From NCBI GenBank assembly GCA_964448045.1, contig CAYUVF010000005.1, positions 34,841 through 98,840 on the forward strand: DNA of 64,000 nucleotides, given 5' to 3'. Shown here in pieces: positions 34,418 through 44,591 of the stretch. Source of the stretch: an uncultured Rhodothermales bacterium. GTDB lineage: Bacteria; Bacteroidota; Rhodothermia; Rhodothermales; Salinibacteraceae. A program made the translations under genes and the position numbers. Within the stretch, counting starts at the first letter, position 1; the number at the start of each line of letters is the position of its first letter. Below the pieces are notes generated by a model, which saw nothing but the letters and a program-made list of their open reading frames with translations, ran no database searches and was not told the origin of the DNA.

Positions 34418-35590
34418 CTATTCTCGCATGCGCTCGACGATCGCCGCCAGCGCTTCGACTGCGTAATCGACATCCTCGGCCGTCGTGGAGCGGCCCATCG
34501 AGAAGCGCACCGCCGCCGAGGCTATCTCACGCGGCAGGCCAAGCGCCGTGAGGACGTGGCTGGGCGCGAGAGCCCCGCTCGTACAGGCCGATCCGGCCGA
34601 AGCCTGCACGCCCTCCATATCCAGATTCAGGATCAGCATCTCGCCGTCGACGCGCGCATCATCCTGCGCCGGAAACGCCAGGTTGACGATATGCGGGGCC
34701 ACGGGCTTCGCACCGAGCGGCGTGTTGATGATAAGGGGATCACCCACGGCATCCGTTACCCCATCGATCAGCCGCCGCTGTAGAGTACGGAGGCGAGATT
34801 GCTGGTCTTCAGCCGCATTGACAGCCCGCGCCAGCGCTTCGGCCATGCCGACTGCGCTGGCCACGTTCTCCGTCCCCCCACGCCGCTCGCGCTCCTGCGA
34901 GCCGCCCTGCACCAACGGATCGAGCTCGACCCCGCCGCGCACGTACAGCACGCCGATGCCCTTTGGGCCATAAAACTTGTGCCCGGACATCGAGAGCAGA
35001 TCGACGCCCAGCGCATCGACATCGAGTGCGTACAGGCCCGCGGTCTGGACCGCATCGGTGTGGAGCAGGACGTTGTGCTCGCGACAAAGCTCGGCGATCT
35101 CGGCGATCGGGGTCAGGACACCGGTTTCGTTGTTGGCGTGCATCAGCGACACCAGCCCGACGTCATCGGTCAGCGCCGCGGTAAGCTGATCGGGCGTGAT
35201 CGCGCCGTGGGCCTCAGGCGTCAGGATGGTGACGGGCCACCCTTCATCCTGAAGCGCCTCGGTAGGTCGTAGCACGGCCTCATGCTCGGCGGCGGAGGTG
35301 ACCAGCCGCGGCCGCTGGCGCTTGTGCCGGGCCTGATGACGGAGCACCCCCTTGATGGCGAGGTTATCGGCCTCGGTACCGCCGCTGGTGAAGACGATCT
35401 CACCGGGCTGCGCGCCGATCAAGCCGGCAATCCGCTCGCGGCTCTCCTCCATCGCGAAGCGCGCCTTCCGCCCGAGTGCATGCACGGAAGAGGCGTTGCC
35501 AAAATGATCGGTGAGATACGGACGCATCGCCTCCAGCACCTCCGGATCGAGAGGCGTGGTCGCCGCGTGATCGAGATAAACCCGGTTCAT
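34418..35590 (-). CDS. cysteine desulfurase (NifS/IscS class V aminotransferase)
   Basis: PLP-lysine motif SGHKFYGPKGIG and catalytic-loop SAGSACTSG. Confidence 0.9.
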   Translation of the reverse strand: MNRVYLDHAATTPLDPEVLEAMRPYLTDHFGNASSVHALGRKARFAMEESRERIAGLIGAQPGEIVFTSGGTEADNLAIKGVLRHQARHKRQRPRLVTSAAEHEAVLRPTEALQDEGWPVTILTPEAHGAITPDQLTAALTDDVGLVSLMHANNETGVLTPIAEIAELCREHNVLLHTDAVQTAGLYALDVDALGVDLLSMSGHKFYGPKGIGVLYVRGGVELDPLVQGGSQERERRGGTENVASAVGMAEALARAVNAAEDQQSRLRTLQRRLIDGVTDAVGDPLIINTPLGAKPVAPHIVNLAFPAQDDARVDGEMLILNLDMEGVQASAGSACTSGALAPSHVLTALGLPREIASAAVRFSMGRSTTAEDVDYAVEALAAIVERMRE

Positions 35591-35860
35591 CGGAGCCTGT
35601 CGGATTGATCGAACAAAACCAGGGATCGAAAGCTGGGATCGTACTCAACGCGCCGCCCCCGATGCTGATTCCTGTATGGGGCTTCTGTGATTTTGCCGAT
35701 GGGGCACGCCCCGCACGAATCCTCGAAGCCGATAGCAGGTTCATGACGATCCGGGCTGGGCCTCGAAACCATCCAGGCCGCCGCCTGTGTTGAGAGTGAT
35801 GACACGGCGCCCATCCGCCACCCTGCATGATTTCTCACACCCACCGACCCGTGTTGCAGC

Positions 35861-37174
35861 ATGGATAAACTGGTCATCCAGGGGCAGCAGCCCCTCCGGG
35901 GTACGCTCCCGGTCAGCGGATCGAAGAATACCGCGCTCCCACTCATGGCCGCGGCCTTGCTCGCCGATGGCACCTCCACCATCGACCACGTCCCCAACCT
36001 GCGGGACGTGCGCACCTTTGCCAACGTGCTCCGCGTTTCAGGTGCCGAGGTCACGTTCGATCCGGCCGCCCATCAAATGACAATCGACGCTACGCGCATC
36101 AGTCATCCGGAGGCGCCGTACGAGCTCGTCAAAAAGATGCGGGCGTCGTTTTACATGCTCGGGGCGCTGGTGGGCCGATGTGGGCAGGCGCGCGTGTCGC
36201 TGCCCGGCGGATGCGCCTGGGGCCCTCGGCCCGTCGACCTGCACATCAAAGGCATGCAGGCGTTTGGAGCCGAGATTGAGCTCGATGAGGGCTATGTCGT
36301 CGCGACCACTCCCAATGGGCAGCTCGATGGCGGATCGTTCCGGTTGGACCCCTCCAGCGTCGGCGCCACAATCAACCTGCTTCTCGGCGCCGTGACGGCG
36401 CGGGGGGGCTCGCGCATCGAGAACGCTGCGCAGGAACCCGATGTGGTGGCGTTTGGCCGAGCGCTGCAGGAGATGGGCGCACAGATTGAGGGCCTGGGCA
36501 CGCGCACGATTGAGATTCAGGGCGTCGACGCGCTCCACCCCCTCTCCTTTTCCAACACGCCCGATCGGATCGAGCTGGGCACGTACATGATCGCCGCAAC
36601 CATTGCGGGCGAGCCCGGGTCGCCGGTCCGTATGACCCACGCCGAGCCGGAGCACCTCGGCCATGCGTTCCGCGAGGCGTTTGCGCATACGGGGGCTCAC
36701 GTCGAATACGGCGATACCTACGTTGAGGTCGCCGCGCCCGAGACGATCCAACCCGTGTCCATCACCACCGGCACGTATCCCGGCTTCCCCACGGATCTCC
36801 AGGCGCAGTGGACCGTGCTGCTTGCCTGCTCGGACGGGACGGGCACCGTCACAGATACCATCTACGACGACCGTTTCAAACACATCCCCGAGTTGCAGCG
36901 CCTGGGCATCCAGGCCCGCGTGGAGGACAACACGGCCATCGTGGAAGGCGGCCATCCGATCAAGGGCGCCGAAGTGATGAGCACCGACCTGCGGGCCAGC
37001 GTATCGCTCGTCCTGGCCGGTATGGTTGCGGAGGGCACCACGCACGTCCGCCGCGTCTATCACCTCGACCGCGGGTACGAAAACCTCGAAGGCAAACTGC
37101 GCGATGCCGGCATCGACATCCGCCGTGCGGAATATGACGAATTCGCCGAGCCGCACCCCCAGGAGGCCACATAA
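35861..37174 (+). CDS. murA: UDP-N-acetylglucosamine 1-carboxyvinyltransferase
   Basis: MDKLVIQGQQPLRGTLPVSGSKNTALPLM start and full-length EPSP-synthase-fold similarity. Confidence 0.95.
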   Translation: MDKLVIQGQQPLRGTLPVSGSKNTALPLMAAALLADGTSTIDHVPNLRDVRTFANVLRVSGAEVTFDPAAHQMTIDATRISHPEAPYELVKKMRASFYMLGALVGRCGQARVSLPGGCAWGPRPVDLHIKGMQAFGAEIELDEGYVVATTPNGQLDGGSFRLDPSSVGATINLLLGAVTARGGSRIENAAQEPDVVAFGRALQEMGAQIEGLGTRTIEIQGVDALHPLSFSNTPDRIELGTYMIAATIAGEPGSPVRMTHAEPEHLGHAFREAFAHTGAHVEYGDTYVEVAAPETIQPVSITTGTYPGFPTDLQAQWTVLLACSDGTGTVTDTIYDDRFKHIPELQRLGIQARVEDNTAIVEGGHPIKGAEVMSTDLRASVSLVLAGMVAEGTTHVRRVYHLDRGYENLEGKLRDAGIDIRRAEYDEFAEPHPQEAT

Positions 37175-37192
37175 CTGCTGCTGACTCTATCG

Positions 37193-40100
37193 TCAAAATT
37201 GGGCGCTCAGCTGCATCCGAAAGGTGTTGATGACAGGCGCCTCCGCCGGTGCGCGACCATCGTACGATAGCGTGGCACGCAGGTAATCGTTAATCCGGTA
37301 CTGTCCGTCCAGACTCCACAGAAAAGACGTGCCCGCCCCGCGCCCCTCGGTGAGTTCGAACTGCGCCAGCCCGACTGCCTGTCCATCGAGCTCGATATGG
37401 GCTGCTTCGATCCGGCCCGTCACCTGAAAGCGGCTCGCCTGCGCATACCGCACGCTTACGGGCACTTGAAGAATGTGCGCGCGCCGTGCGCCTGCCGCAT
37501 CCGTCTTTCGCCCCACCACGGCGCCCCCAGTAATCCGCCACGGCGGTTTGGGCCGGTACGTCACCTCCGGCCGCACCTCCACTTGATCGATATCGTAGCG
37601 ACGCGCGTCGGCGAACGCCTCGCTGTCGAGCCGGTCGGTGCCCACCTGGGCGGCGAGTTGGGCGGACCACCGCGCCGCCGGACGGATGCGCCCCTCCAGG
37701 TGCCACGTGTTGAGAAAGCGGGTCTGCTGCCCGGCTGCACGCTCGCTCAAACCCCGAATCTGACTGAAGGAGAGATCGAGCCCGTAGTGGGGCGTGCGGC
37801 GAAACAGGTAGACATCCTGCTCGATGCGGAGCTGACCGTCCAACGTCGTCCCCGGCTGGCGAAGGTCATTAGGATTTAGCAGATAGATCTGCGCGATATT
37901 CGACTTTCGGCTTTTCTCGCGTACCTCCAGCGTGGTTTGCGTCGTTGCGTGGGCCAGCCATCGCTTCCAGGTCGCCTCCGCGCGGCGCCACTGCCGACCC
38001 GGATCAAGGTGGAGGCGCAGGCGCGTCTCGACGTTGATGACCGGCGTCAACGAATCGGAAGGCACGAAGCGCTGAACGTACTCGCCCTCGTTGGGCGTCG
38101 TCTCCGGCACAAACTCATCGATCTGGATGATCCCATCGCCATTGCTATCGGTCCACACGTATTGCCCCAACTCCGGGCCCGTCCGCACATACAGCTCCTG
38201 TAGCGTAGGCGTCCGCTCGGTCAGCGCATCGTAAAACCCGTCGACCTCAACGGCCCGCCCGAAGGGTTTGGCACTGGATTTCAGTTGCAGAAGGATCGAC
38301 TCGGTATCTTTGCGCTGCTCGTTTACGCGGAAGTAGTCGGTCACCTCGCGAACGCGATAACCGATGCGCGCCTGCGTTCGAAAGGAAGAGGCCGGATCGT
38401 AGGTGACATCACCCCGCATCGTCCACGCCGTCGCGGACTCGCGCAACGCCCCAGCAGCCCAGTCGCGCTCGGTCCGATACGCGAGAGATCCGCCCGCCTC
38501 CAGTGCGCCGGACTCGTACTGCACGCCCGGCCGGTATTCGAGGAACGAAAAGGAGGTTCGCGCCAGGCTGTCCGTCCCGCTGACCGTCTGCCTCCTCCGT
38601 TCATGATTGACCTCAAGGCGTGGTGTAAAACGAGCATTCAACACCCCCTGCTCGACTGATCCGCGCTGCCGGAGCCAACGGCCATCAAGGCTATTTCGAG
38701 CATCCTCGCTGGTGATGTATTCGAGTTGATACGCAACCGTTGGCCCGTGCGCCTCGGCCGTCTGGAGCTGGAGGGTCCGACGGCGTCCAGTGAACTGCTC
38801 GCCCCGTTGCAATCGCCCCCATTCACCCTGCACGAACGACTGCGGCGTCACGTCCCATCGGATCTCGGCTTGGTCGATGGTCTCCTGCGCCGTCCGCTCG
38901 GACGGATCGAACCCGCGCCGTGCGAGATTCCACTTCCGCCCAAATTCAACCGGACGCGTGCGATTGAACGTGGTGAAATGAGCACTGCGGCGCTCTCGCA
39001 AAGCCCGCGCAGAAAGAGCCCCCAGCGCCGTCGTCCCCCACTCTACCTCCGTCGGCTCGACACGGAGCCCCAACCGATACGCCTCCCCCTGATCGTTGGC
39101 TTCGTCCAGATCGGAGAGGCGGTTCTGGTCGTTCAGCGACCGCGCCCACTCACCGATAAGCTGCACCCCCTGCAGCGGCTCGATGCGTCCATTCATATCA
39201 AACAGACGCTGCTGGACGGGCCGGGGGAGTCGCCGTACCGGCGCATAGTCGCCTTCGCCCGGCCCGCGATATTCGTACAGGATTCCATTCACCGAGCGCC
39301 CGACGCGCTCATACGCGCCCTGCCCCGCACCGACACGGGTAAAACGTACACGAAACACGGCCACGCTGTCGGGCGGAGCGACATCGAGCGCCACGAAGAC
39401 CGTATCGGTCGATCCATCGGGAAGCAAGCGGGTGGTGCGGCGATACTGGACGAAGGGCGCCTCGGGATCGAACTCCACCCGCTGGGCCCCAGTGCGGATG
39501 GCTTCGTCGTCACCGGCCCGGGCGAGCAGCGTCGAATCTGCGCCGGAGAGGTCAAAGATCTGGCTGAACGTCCGGCTGTCGGCCTCGCGCAAAAACGTCG
39601 CGCCTACCTGCGCACGCGGCTCTCCGCGGGCACCGGTCCAGAAATCCGCCTGGGCCTCCGCTCCCACCAGCGTCCGGCTGAACGTCGTCGTGCGATACTC
39701 AAACTCGACGCTGATCCTCCGGTCATCGGTGATGAGGCGGTTCGACGTAAACGTGATCTCGGCCTGCGCATAATCGATAACGTAATCGTTCGTTTCGCCC
39801 CGGGTCATTCGCTGGCCATCGAGGTAGACCCGTTCCGATCCGGCAATGACAATGATGAACCGCTCGCCCTGCGCCCCCTCCAGCCGATACGGCCCCTGGA
39901 CGCCGTCGATCGGTTCGATCTCTTGCGTGCGGAACTGCCCGCGCGTAGTCGCCCCCACGGCCGTCACCGAACCGCTCGCGAGACCGGGCACAGCGGGGCC
40001 CAGATCGCTCGTAGAGAGAACGGCCCCCTGGAGCTTCCGGGTAAACTGGCCAAAGGTGGACTGCTCGAAGCGCGCCTCTACATCGCCGAGGCGTGCAGTG

Positions 40101-40816
40101 CCCTCCGGGGCGTCGACGGCGATGAATACGCGGTCGAAATCGCTCAGCCGCTGCGTAGTGCCCTCCGGCTGGATCGGCGTGTTGGCATCGGTGAGCGCAG
40201 CCTGGATGCGCACGTCCTCGGCAATGTCCCCCGCCAGTTGCATTTGCAGCCCCGACTCTACGTTCAGGTCGCGATTGGTTCCGCCCACGAATCCGCGCGA
40301 AATCGAGCCGCGCCGTTCCAGCGACAGCCCGGCAAACGGGTCGAGGCCCGTGCGGCTGGAATCGACCGTCGTCTCCTCGACGACAGCCCCGCGCCGGGCA
40401 GTCCCCGACTCATCTGCCGGGGTGATGCGACGGCGCCGATAGACCTCTTTGAACGCGAAGGGATACGTTCGATAGCGAACGACCAGCTGGGCTTCGGCGT
40501 CGAGGCGGCGCGGCTCCAGCCAGAGGCGCCCATGGCGGTAGTCGATCCGGTACGCTGCGGTGTCGAGCTGTGCGCCGTCGAGCCAGACGCGCTCGGATCC
40601 TTCCAGCACAAATGGCCGCAGCGCATAGGGCGGCGGTTGGAAGACATCAATCGTGTCCTGATACGCGCCCAGAGCGCTCCAATCGGTGGCGAGATGATCC
40701 TGCGCCTGTACCGCAGTCGCACCCCCTCCGATCAGAAGCATCCCGGCGAGCACCCATCCGATAATGGATCTCATGGAGTTCCCTCGTCCAGAGATCGATT
40801 CCCCAATCGACCTCAA
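37193..40816 (-). CDS. large outer-membrane beta-barrel protein, unknown family
   Basis: 1207-aa ORF. Signal peptide visible from the internal ATG at 40774 (MRSIIGWVLAGMLLIGGGATAVQAQ). Long run of amphipathic strands, ending ...FRMQLSAQF. Confidence 0.6.
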   Translation of the reverse strand: MRSIGESISGRGNSMRSIIGWVLAGMLLIGGGATAVQAQDHLATDWSALGAYQDTIDVFQPPPYALRPFVLEGSERVWLDGAQLDTAAYRIDYRHGRLWLEPRRLDAEAQLVVRYRTYPFAFKEVYRRRRITPADESGTARRGAVVEETTVDSSRTGLDPFAGLSLERRGSISRGFVGGTNRDLNVESGLQMQLAGDIAEDVRIQAALTDANTPIQPEGTTQRLSDFDRVFIAVDAPEGTARLGDVEARFEQSTFGQFTRKLQGAVLSTSDLGPAVPGLASGSVTAVGATTRGQFRTQEIEPIDGVQGPYRLEGAQGERFIIVIAGSERVYLDGQRMTRGETNDYVIDYAQAEITFTSNRLITDDRRISVEFEYRTTTFSRTLVGAEAQADFWTGARGEPRAQVGATFLREADSRTFSQIFDLSGADSTLLARAGDDEAIRTGAQRVEFDPEAPFVQYRRTTRLLPDGSTDTVFVALDVAPPDSVAVFRVRFTRVGAGQGAYERVGRSVNGILYEYRGPGEGDYAPVRRLPRPVQQRLFDMNGRIEPLQGVQLIGEWARSLNDQNRLSDLDEANDQGEAYRLGLRVEPTEVEWGTTALGALSARALRERRSAHFTTFNRTRPVEFGRKWNLARRGFDPSERTAQETIDQAEIRWDVTPQSFVQGEWGRLQRGEQFTGRRRTLQLQTAEAHGPTVAYQLEYITSEDARNSLDGRWLRQRGSVEQGVLNARFTPRLEVNHERRRQTVSGTDSLARTSFSFLEYRPGVQYESGALEAGGSLAYRTERDWAAGALRESATAWTMRGDVTYDPASSFRTQARIGYRVREVTDYFRVNEQRKDTESILLQLKSSAKPFGRAVEVDGFYDALTERTPTLQELYVRTGPELGQYVWTDSNGDGIIQIDEFVPETTPNEGEYVQRFVPSDSLTPVINVETRLRLHLDPGRQWRRAEATWKRWLAHATTQTTLEVREKSRKSNIAQIYLLNPNDLRQPGTTLDGQLRIEQDVYLFRRTPHYGLDLSFSQIRGLSERAAGQQTRFLNTWHLEGRIRPAARWSAQLAAQVGTDRLDSEAFADARRYDIDQVEVRPEVTYRPKPPWRITGGAVVGRKTDAAGARRAHILQVPVSVRYAQASRFQVTGRIEAAHIELDGQAVGLAQFELTEGRGAGTSFLWSLDGQYRINDYLRATLSYDGRAPAEAPVINTFRMQLSAQF

Positions 40817-40914
40817 GTGATACTTCAGTACAAATGGAGTAACAATATGAGACCCAGAAGATCAGTTCAGTCTGTTTAACAGAAAGAGTGAAACCGGATC
40901 AGGTGACGAGTGGA

Positions 40915-41835
40915 CTATCGATCCCACCGCAAAAGCCGGGCCGTCGTCAGCAAATAGGTGATGCCGGCGTGACGAGCGACGTCTACAAGCGATTCGCCTA
41001 ACCGCAACGCGTAGACCTGTTGCAATGTCCCACGTAGCCCAAAGACGAGAATTCGATGGGGATGGATTACCCACAGGCGTTGGCCCATCACCGCGATGTT
41101 AACCGCGGGGGCGATGGCACCAGGCGCCACCATCTGCAGGACATTACCGAACGCATCGTAACGCAAAACGGCGTCGTGCCCCCGATCCGCGACCCAGAGC
41201 TCATCATCGGCCCCGAGGGCCATTGCGAAGGGCTCGATAAGCGTCCCGGCGCCGTCCTCGTACCCTCCGATGACGCGCTGAGCTCGGCGGTTCTGCTCCC
41301 ACTTCAGCACCACGTTTTGGGCGGCGTCGAGCACGACCAGCTCATCCGCATCGGTGAGGGCAACGGCGACGGGCTCGCCATCAGCCGGAGACGTGGTCGC
41401 GGCCCGGCGGCGGTCGTACGACGGGCGCGGATCGGTGGCGGCGCGTGTGACGGGCACGACTTCGAGTAGTCGCAGCGCCTTCGAGAAGCGCTGAATGCGA
41501 CTGTTCCCGGCATCGGCGACGACGATCGTCAATCCGTTGGTCGGATCGACGTCGGCGGGGGCGTCGAAGGCACCAGGAGCCGTGCCCGTGCCCCCCAGCA
41601 CATCCGTCACCGTTCCATCGGGACGCAGACGAACGACTACATCGGATCCGCGGTCGACTACATAGAGCGCCCCGGTGGGATCGACCGCCAGAGCGTGCCC
41701 CTCTTCAAACGGGGCTACCTCGTGGACATCTGCCCGAGTAACGGGCGTCACGTTCGGCGCACGCGCCGGCTGCGCGGCCGCCGGGCTAAGGCCGAGCCCC
41801 AGGATCAATCCAATGAGAAGCGGAATTGTTTTCAC
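40915..41835 (-). CDS. NHL-repeat beta-propeller protein, exported
   Basis: Signal peptide ending PAAAQ, with repeated ...YVVDRGSDVV.R., ...VVADAGNSRIQRF., ...WVADRGHDAVLRY. blades. GTG start 14 nt after the purD stop. Confidence 0.7.
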   Translation of the reverse strand: MKTIPLLIGLILGLGLSPAAAQPARAPNVTPVTRADVHEVAPFEEGHALAVDPTGALYVVDRGSDVVVRLRPDGTVTDVLGGTGTAPGAFDAPADVDPTNGLTIVVADAGNSRIQRFSKALRLLEVVPVTRAATDPRPSYDRRRAATTSPADGEPVAVALTDADELVVLDAAQNVVLKWEQNRRAQRVIGGYEDGAGTLIEPFAMALGADDELWVADRGHDAVLRYDAFGNVLQMVAPGAIAPAVNIAVMGQRLWVIHPHRILVFGLRGTLQQVYALRLGESLVDVARHAGITYLLTTARLLRWDR

Positions 41836-41849
41836 ACTCTTACACCTGG

Positions 41850-43136
41850 TTATGCCATGCGCGCCCGTCCTTTCTGCGCAATATCCGTTCGGAAGGTCTT
41901 CCCGTCAAACTCAATCTGTTCGACGCCGTCGTAAGCGCGCTCAATCGCTGTTTCGAGGTCCGAGCCGGTGGCTACGATATTAAGAACGCGCCCGCCATCG
42001 GTGACGAGCGTGCCATCATCCAACGTCTTAGTTCCTGCGTGGATCACCGAGACGCCCTCCAGCTCCTCCGCCGCTTCGACACCACTGATCGGGAACCCCG
42101 TTTCGTAGTCGACCGGATAGCCGTCGGAGGCGAGCACCACGCAGACGGCGAAGTCGCTGGCCCCCTCGATGCGCACGCCGCGCAACTCGCGCCGCGCCAG
42201 TTTCTGAAAGACGTCAACCAGATCACTCTCGACTAACGGCAAGACAACCTGCGCTTCGGGGTCGCCGAGGCGGCAGTTGTACTCCACCACCTTCGGCCCC
42301 TCTTCGGTGATCATCAGACCACAGTAGAGGATACCGCGGTACGGCTCGCCCTCATCGGACATGCCTGCAAGCGTCGGCTCGATGATCTCGCGGCAGATCT
42401 GGGTCAGGATGTTGCCGCTCACGACGGGAGCCGGCGCGTAGGCGCCCATGCCGCCCGTGTTCGGCCCGGTCCCGTCCTCGCCGATGGTTTTGTGATCCTG
42501 TGACGGCGCGAGGAGCACGTAGTGATCTCCGTCGGTGAGAGCAAAGACGCTGGCCTCCTCGCCCTCCATGTATTCCTCGATGACGACGCGATCCCCCGCT
42601 TCGCCAAAGGTGCGCTCCCGCAGCATCTGGTCGAGTGCATCGCGGGCCTCGGACTCCGTCATGCAAACGAAAGCGCCCTTGCCCCCGGCCAGGCCGCTCG
42701 CCTTGACCACGACGGGTGCCCCCATCGACTCAATGAACGCCACGGCGTCATCGTATTCATCCGCGTGGAAGCTCCGAAAATCCGCCGTCGGGATGTTGTG
42801 GCGATCCATGAATGACTTGGCGAAGGCCTTGCTGCCCTCCAGGAGCGCCCCCGTCGAGGTAGGCCCTACAATCGGCAAGCCCACGGCCTCAAATCGATCG
42901 ACAAGTCCCGAGACGAGCGGTTGCTCCGGCCCCACGACGGTCAGGTCGATGTACTCCCGCTGGGCATACTCCACCAGCCCATCGAGATCGTTGGCCGACC
43001 GGTCGATGTTGGTACCGAGCTGAGCCGTGCCCGGATTGCCCGGGGCAAAATAGAGCGACGGGTTTTTCGGGCTCCGCGAGAGCGCCCGAGCAATCGCATG
43101 CTCGCGACCCCCACTTCCGATAACCAGAATACGCAT
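41850..43136 (-). CDS. purD: phosphoribosylamine--glycine ligase
   Basis: MRILVIGSGGREHA start with the ATP-grasp core. Confidence 0.95.
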   Translation of the reverse strand: MRILVIGSGGREHAIARALSRSPKNPSLYFAPGNPGTAQLGTNIDRSANDLDGLVEYAQREYIDLTVVGPEQPLVSGLVDRFEAVGLPIVGPTSTGALLEGSKAFAKSFMDRHNIPTADFRSFHADEYDDAVAFIESMGAPVVVKASGLAGGKGAFVCMTESEARDALDQMLRERTFGEAGDRVVIEEYMEGEEASVFALTDGDHYVLLAPSQDHKTIGEDGTGPNTGGMGAYAPAPVVSGNILTQICREIIEPTLAGMSDEGEPYRGILYCGLMITEEGPKVVEYNCRLGDPEAQVVLPLVESDLVDVFQKLARRELRGVRIEGASDFAVCVVLASDGYPVDYETGFPISGVEAAEELEGVSVIHAGTKTLDDGTLVTDGGRVLNIVATGSDLETAIERAYDGVEQIEFDGKTFRTDIAQKGRARMA

Positions 43137-43334
43137 GACCGTGACGAGGAGCTGATTAAAAAGCCGGTGTATGCCGAATATACGGCGGAGCGGAGGACTC
43201 TTTCATATCGTTTGCCCCGATAGCCCCCAACATTTCATCGCATGTTATTTCAAGGTTATCACTGCATGTGCGGAAATGCACGCGCACTCGTATGTTAAAT
43301 CACTCGCTTTATTTCCCGATCGGTTGAGCGTCCC

Positions 43335-44579
43335 ATGCGATCCACATTTCTTTCTTTTACGTTCGTGCTACTGCTGATCGCGCCCGTGCTGATCGCACCC
43401 ATCGCCGACGCGCAACCCACCAACGCACCTACGTCCGATCCTACGCTCGATATCCAACCACGCATCTATCCGCTGGCGCTGTGGGGGACGCAGTCCGGCT
43501 TCGGATTGGGCGCCGGACTCTCGGTACACCACCTGGGATGGACCGGTTCGCACGCCCTCCTCACGGCCAAACCTGCTGTACATCAAGGGCGGTACACCCT
43601 CAGTTTTGCCACCCACGATCCGTACACCTCGGCCGGGTACGGGCTGATCGACCTGCGCTACGACACCAACGGGAACCAGTGGTACCACGGCATCGGGCCG
43701 GCTTCGCAGGAACAGAACCGCGTGGGCCTCGATCGGACGACGATGGCGGCTCGGTTGCGCCTCGGCGGATATGTCGCCGGTCGGGCCCTCCTCATCCAGC
43801 CGCTAATCGGCGTCCTTCACCATCAGACGCATACAGTGCGTGATGAAGATGACGGGGCGCAAGACCGACTGGATCCGCCATCACGCCGCGCCCTGAACGC
43901 CGCCGCGGGTGAACTTCCGGGCACCGAGGATCGGCAGACGGGCCTCGTGTATGGGCTGACCGTCGCGGTCGACACGCGCGACCGGCACACCCTGCCGAGG
44001 CGGGGAATTCATGTGCAGGCGCGGGCTCGTCGGTACGAAGAGCTGCGCACACCCGATTTACGCTTCGACCGCTACGGGATCGACGCCGCAGCCTATCTTC
44101 CCCTCTCTGGGTACCATCGCTTATCGATACAGGCCCGCACGACCATTACCGATCCGCGAGGCACGGCACCCCTTCCGTTCTACCTACTTCCTCGGCTCGA
44201 TGCGCAGACGATGCCCGGCTTTGCACGGGATCGCTTGTACGGCCCCGACCGCATCCACCTGCGCCTCGCGTACCACTTCCCGATCCTGCAATTTCGGGAT
44301 GCGTTCCTGGCTGAAGGAACCGTTACCGTGGATGCGGGCAACGTATATTCAGACTTGGCTGACGAGTTCACGTTTGACCTGAGCTTCGACGACGTAACCG
44401 AATCGAATCAAACGAATTACCCTCTTCGACCGGGCGCATCAATGGGGCTACAGATTGCTCCTCTGTTCAAGGACACCGTTTTATTCGAGGGGTCACTCGG
44501 CATCAGCCCGGAAGGGACGACGCTGATTCGATTGGGGTTTGCAACGGACCTCCGCGCCCTTCGCCTGCCTCCACTTTAA
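43335..44579 (+). CDS. Omp85-superfamily (surface-antigen) beta-barrel without recognisable POTRA domains
   Basis: Signal peptide ending ADAQ. The C-terminal barrel pattern (...MPGFARDRLYGPDRIHLRLAYHFPI...EGTVTVDAGNVY...) resembles Bac_surface_Ag. At 414 aa there is no room for POTRA repeats. Confidence 0.55.
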   Translation: MRSTFLSFTFVLLLIAPVLIAPIADAQPTNAPTSDPTLDIQPRIYPLALWGTQSGFGLGAGLSVHHLGWTGSHALLTAKPAVHQGRYTLSFATHDPYTSAGYGLIDLRYDTNGNQWYHGIGPASQEQNRVGLDRTTMAARLRLGGYVAGRALLIQPLIGVLHHQTHTVRDEDDGAQDRLDPPSRRALNAAAGELPGTEDRQTGLVYGLTVAVDTRDRHTLPRRGIHVQARARRYEELRTPDLRFDRYGIDAAAYLPLSGYHRLSIQARTTITDPRGTAPLPFYLLPRLDAQTMPGFARDRLYGPDRIHLRLAYHFPILQFRDAFLAEGTVTVDAGNVYSDLADEFTFDLSFDDVTESNQTNYPLRPGASMGLQIAPLFKDTVLFEGSLGISPEGTTLIRLGFATDLRALRLPPL

Positions 44580-44591
44580 CCGAAGGCCGCC

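Noticed and set aside
38726-40879. 717-aa + strand ORF opposite the 1207-aa barrel gene
   Set aside because: Same antisense artefact (Arg/Pro/Leu-rich, no domain pattern). The minus-strand product has a signal peptide, strand periodicity and a C-terminal Phe.
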